A stretch of 64,000 nucleotides of DNA, taken from contig CAVTYH010000001.1 in the NCBI GenBank assembly GCA_963738835.1, positions 161,755-225,754 of the forward strand. The letters are read 5' to 3'. Under the pieces are notes generated by a model, which worked only from the letters and a program-made list of their open reading frames with translations, searched no databases and was not told the origin of the DNA. The position numbers were made by a program, and so were the translations under genes. The DNA comes from Pirellulales bacterium. GTDB lineage: Bacteria > Planctomycetota > Planctomycetia > Pirellulales > JADZDJ01. Numbering within the stretch: position 1 is the stretch's first letter; every line of letters begins with the position of its first letter. Below, in pieces: positions 19,470 to 31,506 of the stretch.

Positions 19470-20096
19470 ATGGCTCTTCCGACAGCATACCTAACTAGCA
19501 CAAAAAATCTTGAAGGCATTCTTAACGCTATGAAGACGGCGAAGGCGCCGCCTAAATTTAGCCAAGCCTTTCTTGAGTCACTTGAATTTAAGAGCAGCAG
19601 CGACAGGCTGATCATTGGTGTTCTAAAATCGCTCGGTTTTATAAACGAGCAAGGAATTCCTGTTGATCGCTACTTCCAATTCTTAGATCAGACCCAGTCG
19701 GCAAAGGTATTAGCCAAAGGAATCGAGGAAGGATATTCTGATCTTTTTCAAGTAAATACCAAGGCGAATGAACTGCCGAGCACAGAAATCAGGAACAAAT
19801 TAAAGACGCTTACGCAAGGAAAAGTCGGCGATTCAGTTCTCGATAAGATGTCCGCTACCTTTAAAGCATTGTGTGATCTTGCTGACTTTTCTAGCCGGAC
19901 TACTGTTGTGGTCGAACAAGCAAACGTCCCATCGGATCACCCTCTTCAACCACCGCCCGAAACGAAAAAGGATATTCAGAGACAGGTAAGCCTTGGCGGT
20001 CTCGTCTACAACATTCAGATACATCTTCCAGAATCTCGCGACCATGCCGTTTACGATGCGCTTTTTCGAAGTCTACGAGAACATTTACTCGAATGA
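19470..20096 (+). CDS. DUF5343-like winged-helix protein
   Basis: APPKFSQAFL..LEFKSSSDR..VLKSLGFI..G.P..RY..F; C-terminal YNIQIHLPES..YDALF. Confidence 0.75.
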   Translation: MALPTAYLTSTKNLEGILNAMKTAKAPPKFSQAFLESLEFKSSSDRLIIGVLKSLGFINEQGIPVDRYFQFLDQTQSAKVLAKGIEEGYSDLFQVNTKANELPSTEIRNKLKTLTQGKVGDSVLDKMSATFKALCDLADFSSRTTVVVEQANVPSDHPLQPPPETKKDIQRQVSLGGLVYNIQIHLPESRDHAVYDALFRSLREHLLE

Positions 20097-20674
20097 ATAA
20101 CGCCGATCAATTTTATGCTTTTGTCTTCAGAGGCTTGCTGTCCGAGGAAGCACTAGATTCAGCGGGGCGGACATTTCCATCAGTTGCCGCGAATTTGGAC
20201 CCTAGTGTTCAGGCCAAATTGTCGCTGGGCTCGCTTGATGAAGATTTTGTTGCGAAGGCGAATCGCATGGCGGTCGTATACACTGCTATAGCTGCCTTTG
20301 AGAATGGCACGCGGAAACTTGTTGAAAAAGTGCTAGTCGAAGCCCACGGAATCGATTGGTGGTCGACAAAAGTTTCTCAGAAGATCCGAGACAAGGCAGA
20401 AAACCGAAAAGTCGAAGAAGAAAAGTTTAAGTGGCACACGCCGAGAGGCGAGTCGCCAATTCACTATACCGATTTCGGTGAACTCGCAAATATTATTAGA
20501 CAGAATTGGGCGGATTTTGAGCCACACGTTCCATCTCTTGAATGGGTAGACAGTGTCTTCGATATCATCGAAAGATCGAGAAATGTAATAATGCACAGTG
20601 GACAGCTCGCGGAGCGAGACGTTGAGCGTGTCGGCATCAATATAAGAGACTGGGTTGCCCAAGTTGGTGCATAA
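20093..20674 (+). CDS. Swt1-family HEPN putative RNase
   Basis: FEN..R..V, DWW, YTDFGEL..II..NW..F and the RNVIMH (RxxxxH) motif; ATGA overlap with the upstream gene. Confidence 0.85.
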   Translation: MNNADQFYAFVFRGLLSEEALDSAGRTFPSVAANLDPSVQAKLSLGSLDEDFVAKANRMAVVYTAIAAFENGTRKLVEKVLVEAHGIDWWSTKVSQKIRDKAENRKVEEEKFKWHTPRGESPIHYTDFGELANIIRQNWADFEPHVPSLEWVDSVFDIIERSRNVIMHSGQLAERDVERVGINIRDWVAQVGA

Positions 20675-20763
20675 CGGTGTCGTAGCAGCAATTAGGGAAG
20701 GAAAAGGGAGAAGGCGTAGGTTGTCAGGAACCTTTTTTGGCCCGTAGCCCAGACCGGTGCCGT

Positions 20764-21294
20764 TCATTCAATCGCGGGCCGTTTCCGGCGATTGATTTCT
20801 GAAATCAGCAGCATCGAAGCTAGGCCGTAGCACAGCATCCAAAAGCCGCTGAAGGAGCGGAATTCGTAGCCGCAGGCTCGTTGGTATTCTGCGGCGGTGA
20901 TTTGGCGGATCGCTCGGCCGTGGCTGGCAATGGAGTACGTGCCATCGGCTTCATGTCGTGGGCCGCCGAGGCCGCAAACGAACTGGAAAGCCGCGATGTC
21001 GAAGACAGCGTTAATGAACAGCAGGATAGCCAGCCAACGCATCCACCTGGGGGCGTGGGCTACTAAAGCACGCCATCGGAACTGCAGTTCGGTTGGTCTT
21101 CCCGGGAGGGTAAACATCGCCGCAATGAGAACGACGAACATGCCGACGTGCAAAATCAGAGCGAAGTACGGCCACACCTGTTGAGTATCGAAACCGAAGA
21201 AGCTGCCGAAATGCGCGGCGGTGCTCACGGCAAAACCCAGTCCAGCCAGCAGGGCGAAAATCTTGACACCAATTGTTGGCAGGGCGCGTTTCAT
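20764..21294 (-). CDS. 4-TM membrane hypothetical protein
   Basis: four hydrophobic segments. Confidence 0.65.
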   Translation of the reverse strand: MKRALPTIGVKIFALLAGLGFAVSTAAHFGSFFGFDTQQVWPYFALILHVGMFVVLIAAMFTLPGRPTELQFRWRALVAHAPRWMRWLAILLFINAVFDIAAFQFVCGLGGPRHEADGTYSIASHGRAIRQITAAEYQRACGYEFRSFSGFWMLCYGLASMLLISEINRRKRPAIE

Positions 21295-21370
21295 GCCACC
21301 AGAATAACGCAACAATGCGGTAGGGTTCAAATCTTGTTTTTTGTGGGTAGTGGATTAGTTTGGTTTGCAA

Positions 21371-21426
21371 GTGTAGCCCTCACGCTCCGCGTGAGGGATT
21401 CTTCACGCAGAGCGTGAAGACTACAC
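21371..21426. repeat. GTAG REP doublet
   Basis: GTGTAG-CCCTCACGCTCCGCGTGAGGG-AT-TCTTCACGCAGAGCGTGAAGA-CTACAC. Confidence 0.85.
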
Positions 21427-21574
21427 TCAGACTGGCCCACCACCTTTTTGTGCGCGATAGGCTACGTGTCTCCGTGGTAGAAAATCCTCCCGCCTAGCCT
21501 GGAATGGCCCTTGACTTTGAATCGTATGTACACTAGTATACGGATTGGAGCTTAGTAGGCGGTAGGCGGCAGCA

Positions 21575-21610
21575 CCCTCACCCCGGCCCTCTCTCAAAGG
21601 GCGAGGGGAG
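21575..21610. repeat. CCCTCACCCC palindromic repeat, second copy
   Basis: matches 7942-7977. Confidence 0.75.
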
Positions 21611-21653
21611 GACGGCATGCAAGAGGCAATAGATGGCCGCTTTGAATGCACAA

Positions 21654-21874
21654 AACGACAAAATTCGTGGAATTATGTCGCAACGAAATTTGGAATTGCT
21701 CGGGAATTTCGCGATGAATCGGAAAATTGTTGCGACAGAATTCGGGAATTGTGCGCGAAAAAATCGATTTTCGTGTCGGTGCGACAAAATTGTGACGTTG
21801 CGGAAAGGCAAGTCGGCCACCGAGTTGGGCGCGGCGGCGGATCGGCGGAGTCGGAAATGGCGTGCGACAAAATT
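21654..21874. repeat. five copies of a TGCGACANAATT-like 12-mer
   Basis: copies at 21654, 21671 (inverted), 21731, 21780 and 21863. Confidence 0.75.
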
Positions 21875-22061
21875 GAAGGCAGAAGGCAGCAAGGCAAAAG
21901 GCAGAACCCCCGGGCGACTCGCCCGGGGCTAAATCGTCAATCTGGGCAAAATATGCGCTGGAAAAATCTGCAAAATCGTATGAACCGACTGGGCGTGCTT
22001 GCGTATTATGTGGAGGCATCGATGGCGGTTGGATTTCCAAATGAAATTCAAACCAGGGCCA

Positions 22062-22089
22062 TTGACACTTCAAATGGATTCATTAGAAT
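22062..22089 (+). promoter_or_regulatory. rRNA promoter
   Basis: TTGACA-16 nt-TAGAAT upstream of 16S. Confidence 0.75.
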
Positions 22090-22254
22090 CCTGAATCCTG
22101 GAGCGAGCGGCTCTGATAGTAAGGGCCGAACGATTCGGGGTTTTTTATTCCCTCGGCGCGGTGTTGGCCTGCTTGGCCGGCACGTTAAAGCAGATCAGGC
22201 TCTTGAGCTTGTTCTACGAAAGAGGGCCGATTCGGCTTCTGCCGTTTCGGATAT

Positions 22255-22266
22255 CGATCTTTGACA
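22255..22266 (+). promoter_or_regulatory. boxA antitermination site
   Basis: CGATCTTTGACA in the rRNA leader, similar to TGCTCTTTAACA. Confidence 0.6.
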
Positions 22267-22483
22267 ATTCGGTAGTTGACTTCTTTTGAGTTAGCCAGCA
22301 CAAGTGATTGTGACCGGCGGCTGGAGTTGCGTTTGCCTTCGGGCAACATTCTGTTTTCGGACAGAGTTAGCGTGGCTTTAGTCGTCATCCAACCAAGTTC
22401 AGACCATTTTGGTTTTTGGCTATTAACCCGGTGTCGTCGGCTTTGCCAGCAATGGTTGAGTCGGCGGCAGCGGTAAGCGTAAA

Positions 22484-24010
<1,527 letters not shown>

Positions 24011-24194
24011 TTTTTCCGACTCAGGAAACTCACGTTTCTCGAGTCGCCAAATTGTGGAGACAGTCCTTGTGCTGATAAGAAGTCGGCCGCGTTACATTGC
24101 CGGCACATGCAACTCTATGTGCCGGCCAATTGTTAATCTTCGGCGAGAGCCAAGGGTTAACAAACGCAGCAAACTACCGCATTGACTTTGATAG

Positions 24195-24232
24195 AGACCC
24201 GTGGGCCTTGCCAGACCCGCGGGTCTTTTTTT
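24195..24232 (+). terminator. terminator of the 16S-only transcript
   Basis: AGACCCGTGGG/CCCGCGGGTCT stem followed by a T-run. Confidence 0.85.
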
Positions 24233-24303
24233 GCGCTGAATGTGATGCTGAGCAATTTGTTCGGCCCGAGTATTTCAAAATTCCCCGAGCACTTCAAAAT
24301 TCG

Positions 24304-24332
24304 TTGACGCCGGGATGGTGGGCATGTACCAT
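24304..24332 (+). promoter_or_regulatory. sigma70-type promoter
   Basis: TTGACG-17 nt-TACCAT upstream of the PEP-CTERM gene. Confidence 0.5.
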
Positions 24333-24389
24333 CCCATCAGTGGCAATTGGTTGACAAGCACTGAACGACATCTTTGAGCGACTGCACCC

Positions 24390-25052
24390 ATGACAAGCAA
24401 CTGTGTTCACGTTGTGCCAGGCATTCCACGTTTATTGGTCATTTTTACCATTTCCGCCCTGTGCCTGGCGAAAACGGACCTAGGCCGCGCTGACGTCATT
24501 ATTTTTGACAACCTGAATACGCCTTCGCCGGACTCGTTTTTGGATGTCAAGTTTACTCAGTGGGATGCCCAAAGCTTCATCGTGGGAAACACCGCACTGC
24601 CGCTAAGCCTGGCTGAACTTAACATGCATGCCACAGACACTGGTGGTGGAAACTTCTTTCTGCGCCTGTACGACAACACAGGGGCCAACTTGCCAGGTTC
24701 GGTTCTCGAAACGCTCGCGGGAACTGCCGATCCGTTCAATGCCGGAATTTACAGCTACACAGGATCCACGCTATTGACGGCAAACGCTACCTATTGGATT
24801 GTTGCTGGAGTAAGCGCAGGGTCGGCGAACTACAAATGGAACTTCGAACTGCCTTCGATGGTCGAAGAAGGCTCAACCGTCGGTTCAACATTTTCCTTCA
24901 ATCAAGGTGCTACTTGGGTTACCCCAGCGTCGCCGCTGCTGACTTTTAACATGCGTGTTTCCGGCGTTCCAGAACCCAGCACGCTGGTGCTAATTGCGAA
25001 TGGCGTTGCCATCTTGGCGCTTCTCCGTTGGCGAAACCGACGTGCCGCTTGA
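24390..25052 (+). CDS. PEP-CTERM sorting-domain protein
   Basis: signal peptide; C-terminal VPEPSTL + TM + RWRNRR. Confidence 0.9.
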   Translation: MTSNCVHVVPGIPRLLVIFTISALCLAKTDLGRADVIIFDNLNTPSPDSFLDVKFTQWDAQSFIVGNTALPLSLAELNMHATDTGGGNFFLRLYDNTGANLPGSVLETLAGTADPFNAGIYSYTGSTLLTANATYWIVAGVSAGSANYKWNFELPSMVEEGSTVGSTFSFNQGATWVTPASPLLTFNMRVSGVPEPSTLVLIANGVAILALLRWRNRRAA

Positions 25053-25146
25053 AACGGCATCCGCTTGCAGTTTGGCTCCAATCGGCCGAAAATGCGGCCA
25101 GGCGGTAGAGTTCCGAAGTATCGGTGAGTCAAACCGCAAATCAGAT

Positions 25147-25518
25147 ATGTCCAACACCGTTGAATGTCCGCATTGTCATCATTTCAATGCCGTGCCGATG
25201 GCGGGCATTGGACAGTACGTTACCTGCCACGCGTGTCGCTGCAAGTACTACGTGTATGTGCCGCCGCTGGAGGAAGAGCGACGCAGTGCAACAATTGCCG
25301 AACCTGCGGTGACCAGTCACGAAGCGATTGCACGCGAATTCGACGAATCCGGATTGGCAGTTGCACGGCGCGCGGAAAACAACGTGATGTTCCGCCAGGA
25401 ATCTCTCCTGGCGACGATTCACGAAGACCTAGTCGATTTACGCCGACGAATTACGATCGCTTGCTTTTTGTTCGTTGTCTGCTGCTCTGCCATCATTGCC
25501 TCAGTGCTGCTGCGGTAG
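25147..25518 (+). CDS. zinc-finger membrane protein
   Basis: VECPHC..VTCHAC; C-terminal TM. Confidence 0.7.
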   Translation: MSNTVECPHCHHFNAVPMAGIGQYVTCHACRCKYYVYVPPLEEERRSATIAEPAVTSHEAIAREFDESGLAVARRAENNVMFRQESLLATIHEDLVDLRRRITIACFLFVVCCSAIIASVLLR

Positions 25519-25559
25519 GACTGTTTGCGCGAAATGGTCTGGCTCCGAACGCAAACCCA

Positions 25560-26774
25560 TCAAGATTCTCCCGCGGCCAATCGCAGACGAATTGGCGTTT
25601 CACGTCCGTCGCGGAGGACGGTAATCGTCACCTCGTCGCCGGGATGGAAACTATCGATAACAGAGAGAAAATCGTCGGCATTCAACGTCGGCTTTCCGTT
25701 CACAGCCACCACGGTGTCGGCCGTGCTGCGATCGATCGTTTGGGCTTCGTAAACAAATGGCCCTTGTCGCTTGCGTTCCTTCACGACTTTGAAACCGCGA
25801 ATGCCGGCCTGTTCGGCCGGACTGTTCGGCTGGACCGCGGCGATCAACAGACCACGCTCCGTATTGTAAACCTTGGCGATGCCTGTATCGGGCCGCGTGA
25901 CGTGGCCGTTGGCAATCAGTTCTGGCACCACGCGGGAAATTACGTTTGATGGAATCGCGAAGCCGATGCCTGTGTTTTGGCCGGTTTTGCTGGCGATGGC
26001 GGTATTCATGCCGATCAGTCGGCCGTGGCTATCGAGCAGTGGTCCGCCGGAATTTCCGGGATTGATGGCGGCGTCGATTTGAATGATTGATTTAATCGTG
26101 CGGTTGTTCCGCGCCGGCAGCGAGCGATTTAGGCTCGAGACAATTCCGGTTGTCAACGTGCGTTCGAAGCCGAATGGATTCCCGAGTGCAAACACGCGCT
26201 GTCCGACTTTCAATCGCGTGGAGTCACCGAAGTGCACTGGGAACAGCGAATCGGCCGGTGCGTCAATTTTCAAAATCGCGATGTCTGTTGATGCGTCCTT
26301 AGACACAACTCGCGCCGGGTAGTTCTTGCTATCGAACAGCGTGACTTCAATTTCCTTCGCGCCTTCCACCACATGGAAGTTCGTCAAGATGTGTCCTTGC
26401 TGATCGAGCACCGAGCCAGAGCCGGCCCCTTCCTGCACCACGTCGAGCAGAAACAATGAAGTGCCGCTGGCTTCGGTTTTGATATTCACCACGCTGCGGT
26501 TGCACGCTTCGTACACCGCGACGTTCACACGCTCTTCAGGCGTGAGTTCATCGGCGCCTTCAACGGTACGGGCTGGGCCGAGTGGCAACGGATTCCGGTT
26601 GCCTTCGGAGGCTCGGTCGGGAAATGCCACACGTTGCGCGGGAACGGTTTGGGCATTCGCTTCAGGCGTGTGAAGTGGCAGATTCCACCAGATGGAGGCA
26701 GCCACTGCGCCAATCAATGCCGAGCCGAGACAAATCGCAATTTGTGGTCGAATGGTACGCATAAAGACCTTCAT
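25560..26774 (-). CDS. HtrA/DegP-family serine protease with one PDZ domain
   Basis: LTNFHVV, DIAILKI and AAINPGNSGGPL triad motifs; PDZ SPAEQAGI. Confidence 0.95.
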   Translation of the reverse strand: MKVFMRTIRPQIAICLGSALIGAVAASIWWNLPLHTPEANAQTVPAQRVAFPDRASEGNRNPLPLGPARTVEGADELTPEERVNVAVYEACNRSVVNIKTEASGTSLFLLDVVQEGAGSGSVLDQQGHILTNFHVVEGAKEIEVTLFDSKNYPARVVSKDASTDIAILKIDAPADSLFPVHFGDSTRLKVGQRVFALGNPFGFERTLTTGIVSSLNRSLPARNNRTIKSIIQIDAAINPGNSGGPLLDSHGRLIGMNTAIASKTGQNTGIGFAIPSNVISRVVPELIANGHVTRPDTGIAKVYNTERGLLIAAVQPNSPAEQAGIRGFKVVKERKRQGPFVYEAQTIDRSTADTVVAVNGKPTLNADDFLSVIDSFHPGDEVTITVLRDGRETPIRLRLAAGES

Positions 26775-27312
26775 CGATCAAGTGTCAAAGTTGAGCGAAC
26801 AGTCATTAAAACCGCCTGTGCTTTAGCTTATCGCATTACGCCCCAAGGAACGGGCTAGGCTGCAAAAAAACATGCCGCACAATAGAACGATTATTTGTTG
26901 CCGGTGGAGGTCAGTGTCAAGACGCCTCTGTTAGGCCTTTCGCCAATGCGAAAAGTATTGTCCCGCAAGGTCTTTCGTCTAAAGCGATTGTCGTCGAATT
27001 CGCTTCCGATCGTTCCACGGAATGATGCATTTAGAGCTCACCCGAGGGACCGAATGGAACGCATATAATTGTAACATAGCGGGCATATCAGCGGACTCTC
27101 TTTCGTGGTGGCGGAAAATGGGTAATTCTCGTAGCGTAACGCTAGGCGAGTGAATACAATAGGCGTTGTCGGTTGAAGCTGAGTTCGTCGGCTTCGGCAG
27201 GCGCTTTTTCCCAGATTATTTCTAAATTCGTTCGATCAGCGTAAGCCGTTTTGTCGCGCCGGAACACGACGCGGTGTGCGCATTGGTTCATTTTTGGTGG
27301 GAGTACCAAGTC

Positions 27313-30300
27313 ATGTCGCGAATTCTTGGCAGGAACCTGGTGCTGGCACTCGTGGGATTAGTTGCCGTACCGAGCGTCATCTTGTCGGCGCCGCCCGCAA
27401 AATCGAGCAACGACGCAGCTCACTTGGAGGTGTACACCAAACCAGACGGAGCTTCGTACTTCGCCCTCAGCCTCATGCCGCAGACACCGCTGCCGGCGAG
27501 CCCAACCAGCGATGTTGTGATTCTATTCGACACCTCGGCCAGCCAGATGGGAGCGTATCGCGAGAAAGGCCTCCAGGCCCTTAGCGGCTTGTTGAAAACA
27601 CTCGGCGATAATGACCGTGTGCAATTGATGGCGGTCGATTTGAATGCCGTACCGCTCACGAAATCGTTCGTGGCTCCGCGGAGCGCCGAAATGACAGCGG
27701 CTGTTGAAAAGTTGCGGATTCGTGTGCCGCTCGGTTCAACCGACATGGAAGCCGCGCTGAAGGCAGTGGCAGATAGCTATCAATCGGCGCCGGTTGCACC
27801 GCGGGCCGCGGTCTTCATTGGCGATGGTCGAAGCAACGCAAATATGATGGGTGTCGACGTCGTCGGTCTCATCGATCGCTTGGTGAAAGACCGCATTGCA
27901 ATTCACAGCTTTGCGATTGGCCCGGCGCAGAATAGCGCGGTGCTGGCGGCACTGGCCAACCAAACCGGTGGGGTGGTTGTACTGGATGGCGAAAAAATCG
28001 CGGGACCGGAGGCTGGCGCCCAACTGACGCATGCGATTCATGAGCCGATCGTTTGGCCCACCGAACGACTTCTTCCGGCTTCGTTAACCGAAGTATATCC
28101 GGCCCATATGCCGCCGCTGCGATTGGATCGCGATACGATTCTGGTCGGCAAAGGCACGACTGACGGCGATTCTTCCGTGGAAATCAAGGGCGAGGCTGCC
28201 GGCAAGCCCATCGATATGAAATGGACCGTCAAAGCGGCAAAATCGGATGATGGCAATGCCTACCTGGTCCAGTTGGTCGATTTCGCCAAGGCCGACGGCG
28301 GCTACAGCTTGCCGACCATCGGCTCGGAAGGTTTGGCCGAAGCGCGACGGCTCTTGAATCTTGGGGCCAGCACGCTGGCGCAGTTGGGCCGCCAGGCCGC
28401 CGCGGCGGGCAATGTAGAGCAGGCCAAACAGTTCGTCAATGAAGCGATACGCCGTGATCCGAACGATCCAACGGCACTGGTTCTTAAAAGCTCGTTGGAT
28501 GATGGTGCCGCAGGTGGCGGAAAGGTACAGCTTACGGCGGCCGAGTCGCCAGTTTCGAATAATGGTGCTCCGCCGACGCCAGGCGATGCCTCGCCGCGTG
28601 ACGGCGATCTGCTCAATTCCATCGAAGAAACGCAACGCCTGATTTCGCAGAAGGTGATGACCGAAACGACTGTGGAATTGAATCGCCTGCGTGACCGCAT
28701 GACCAATGATCCGGCCGGCGTGATCGATCAGGCGAAGTTGCTCTTGGATCGTGTGATGCGCGTTTCGGAGCTCGGCAGCGAGCAGCGCACGATTTGCGCA
28801 GCCGCATCACCACTTTGCTGGAACAAGCTTCACAGCGTCGGCTGGAAAAGGAAGTTGCGGATGTGGAGCGCGAGCAAAATCGGGCGGCAGCGATCGAGCG
28901 CAAGCGATTGCTCAGCAATCTCGATCGGAAAGAAAGCGAATTGCAGGGACTCGTGAATCGGTTCAATTCGCTCCTGGAAGAGGGCTATCAAAACTTCGAT
29001 CAAGTGACCAACGAACAAATGCGTGCCATGGACCGTGATGCGGCGACTGAAATTCGTCGTGTTGGCAGCAATCCGTTTGGTCGTGAACCGGTGGTGACTA
29101 CGACCGCTCCGGCGTTCGCACTGCTCACGGCTTACAACGCTGAAAACCGCGCCATGTCGCGAGGCTGCCGAGCGTGGCTTCATGGATACGATGCATTTGG
29201 TCGATATTTCGCACATTCCTTTTCCAGACGCCCCGCCGATCGTTTATCCCGATGTAGCGTTCTGGCGAAAAATAACGGCGGATCGCAAGCAATATGCTTC
29301 GGTTGATCTGGCGAGCAATAGCCCGGCGGAACAACACATCCTCACTGCTCTGACCAACGATAAGACGACGTTGGAATTTACCGAGGTTCCACTCAATGAC
29401 GTCATTAATTACATCAAAGATCGGCACCACATCGAAGTCACGTTTGATGTGAATGCACTCAGGGATGCCGCGATTGATCCCACGGCATTGCCGGTCTCGA
29501 TCAATGTGCATGACCTGACGCTTCGCTCGGCGCTGAAGCTGATCCTCTCGCAGTTCCAATTGACCTACGTCATCGAAAATGAAGTGCTGCTGATTACCAC
29601 CAAGGACAAAGCCAACACGATGCTGAAGACCAAGGTTTATCCGGTGGCCGACTTGGTGTTGCCAATCCAGTCGCAGCAAGCTAATCCATTCCAAATGGGC
29701 GGGGGATTTGGCGGTGGTGGTGGTGGCGTCGGCATCGGCGGTGGCGGCGGCGGTGGCGGGTTCGGCGGCGGCGGTGGCGGGCTTGGCGGGCTGGGTGGTG
29801 GTGGCGGTGGTTTATTTGGCGGTGGCGGTTTCAATGTGCCAGACAATGCCGGCGTTCGTTTGCCGCCTCCGAAAAGCGGCGGCGCTTTTGCCGTTGGAGA
29901 CGATTTGACGCTGTCGCCTAAGAAGTCCGCCGATGCAAAGGCAGCTCCCACGGCCACAATTCCAACATCGGTCAAAGTACCGGCTGCAACCGTCAATCAG
30001 CCCATCGACAAATCGACTGCGGCAAGTTCCGCTGAGAAATCTGCCGTTCAAGCCGAGCAAATTGTTGTGAAGTCGGACGTCGATCCCGAAAAATTCTGGA
30101 ACGATTACTTTGCCAATCTTGCGAAGCCTGATGAAAAGCTGGCAGCGGAAACTGCCGAAAAGCGCAATGCCGCAGTTCGACAAGCGGCGAAAGAGTTGAT
30201 GAACGATAAAAGGTTCAATCATGTGACGGCACTCATTCATGGCGCCCTGCGCAATGGTTATGCTCAGCCGTGGATGTATGAAGCATTGGCTTTGGCAATG

Positions 30301-31479
30301 CAGGCGGACAATCAACCTAAGGAAGAGATCGAGCGGGCCCTAATGTCGGCGGTCGATTTTGCCAACTCGCCGACCGATGTGATGAATGTGGCAATTTACA
30401 TGGCACGCATCGGCCTCGACACGCGGGCCCTTAAACTCATGCGGCAAGTTGCGGCGATGGAACCTTTCCGCCATGAACCGTACATGCATGGCCTGCGAAT
30501 CGCGCAGCGACTCGGCGACACAGATGGCATTCGCTGGGCGTGCCTCGGTGTTCTGAGCCAGGCTTGGCCGAACGATAAGAAAGAGGTGGTTGATTCCGCT
30601 CGATTTGCCGCCGATGCACTGCTGGAAAAGCTTCGCAAGGATGGCAAATCGGCACAAGCCGACGACTTTCGCAAAGCATTCGACGCGGCTCAAACTCGCG
30701 ATTGCCGCGTAGTTATCAAGTGGACCGGCAATGGCGACATCGATGCCATTGTCGAGGAACCAACCGGCGCGATTTGTTCCGATCGCAACCCTCGCACGGC
30801 CGGCGGCGGCGTAATGCTGGGTGATACCTATGCCAAGTTCAAAACCTCGGACGATTCCAATGCCGAATATTCCGAGGAATATGTTTTGCCAAAGGGTTTT
30901 AGTGGACAATACAAGTTGCTGCTGCGGAAGCTGTGGGGCCAGGTGGCGACGGGCAAAGTGACCGTCGATGTATACACGCACTATGGTACGCCCAAGCAGG
31001 TACACGTTCAGCAGCAGATTCCCGTGAGCGAACGAGATGCGCTGGTCACGTTCGAGCTGGCTGATGGCCGCCGCACGGAGCCGCTGGCTCAAGCTCAATT
31101 GGCTACCGCGGCTGCCAATCAAGTGGCGGTCAATCAAGCGGTGCTGGCGAATCAGCTATCGGCGATTGACACTTCGTCGTCCGGCAGCAACTCAACCGGC
31201 ATCATCGGTGCGCCAGGTACAGGTGGCGTCGCAGCAAATCCATTTGGCTTGCCGTTTTTTCGCGCCGGCGCCGTGGGTTATCAGCCGGTCATCACCACTC
31301 TGCCCGAAGGGGCCAACATGACTGCGCAGGCGGTGATTTCGGCCGATCGCCGCTATGTACGCATTACGTCTACGCCGTTCTTCTCTACGATCGGGCCGGT
31401 CAACACGTTTAATTTTGCCACCGGCGGCGGCGGAACAACGTCAACTGGCACGGGCGCCGGAACCGGAACTGGATTCTGA
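27313..31479 (+). CDS. large secreted vWA/STN-like/TPR-like multidomain protein, two frameshifts (near 28790 and 29160)
   Basis: MIDAS DTSASQ and IGDG; LEFTEVPLNDVI..LRSALKLIL..YPVADLV; poly-Gly tract; W.GNGDID..VEEP.G; C-terminal AVISADRRYVRI..PFF. Confidence 0.75.
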
Positions 31480-31506
31480 TCGACAAGTTCACTTAACAGG
31501 CGAAGT

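Noticed and set aside
17740-21430. Prophage or integron cassette array
   Set aside because: No integrase or phage genes, no flanking tRNA/att duplication and no clear attC sites.
22090-22146. Terminator-like hairpin plus T6 just after the rRNA promoter
   Set aside because: The outer 5' arm overlaps the expected TSS and the inner stem is ~12 nt from the T-run, so it is not a convincing attenuator.
29698-29830. GGC/GGT microsatellite
   Set aside because: It is the poly-Gly coding tract, with synonymous variation.
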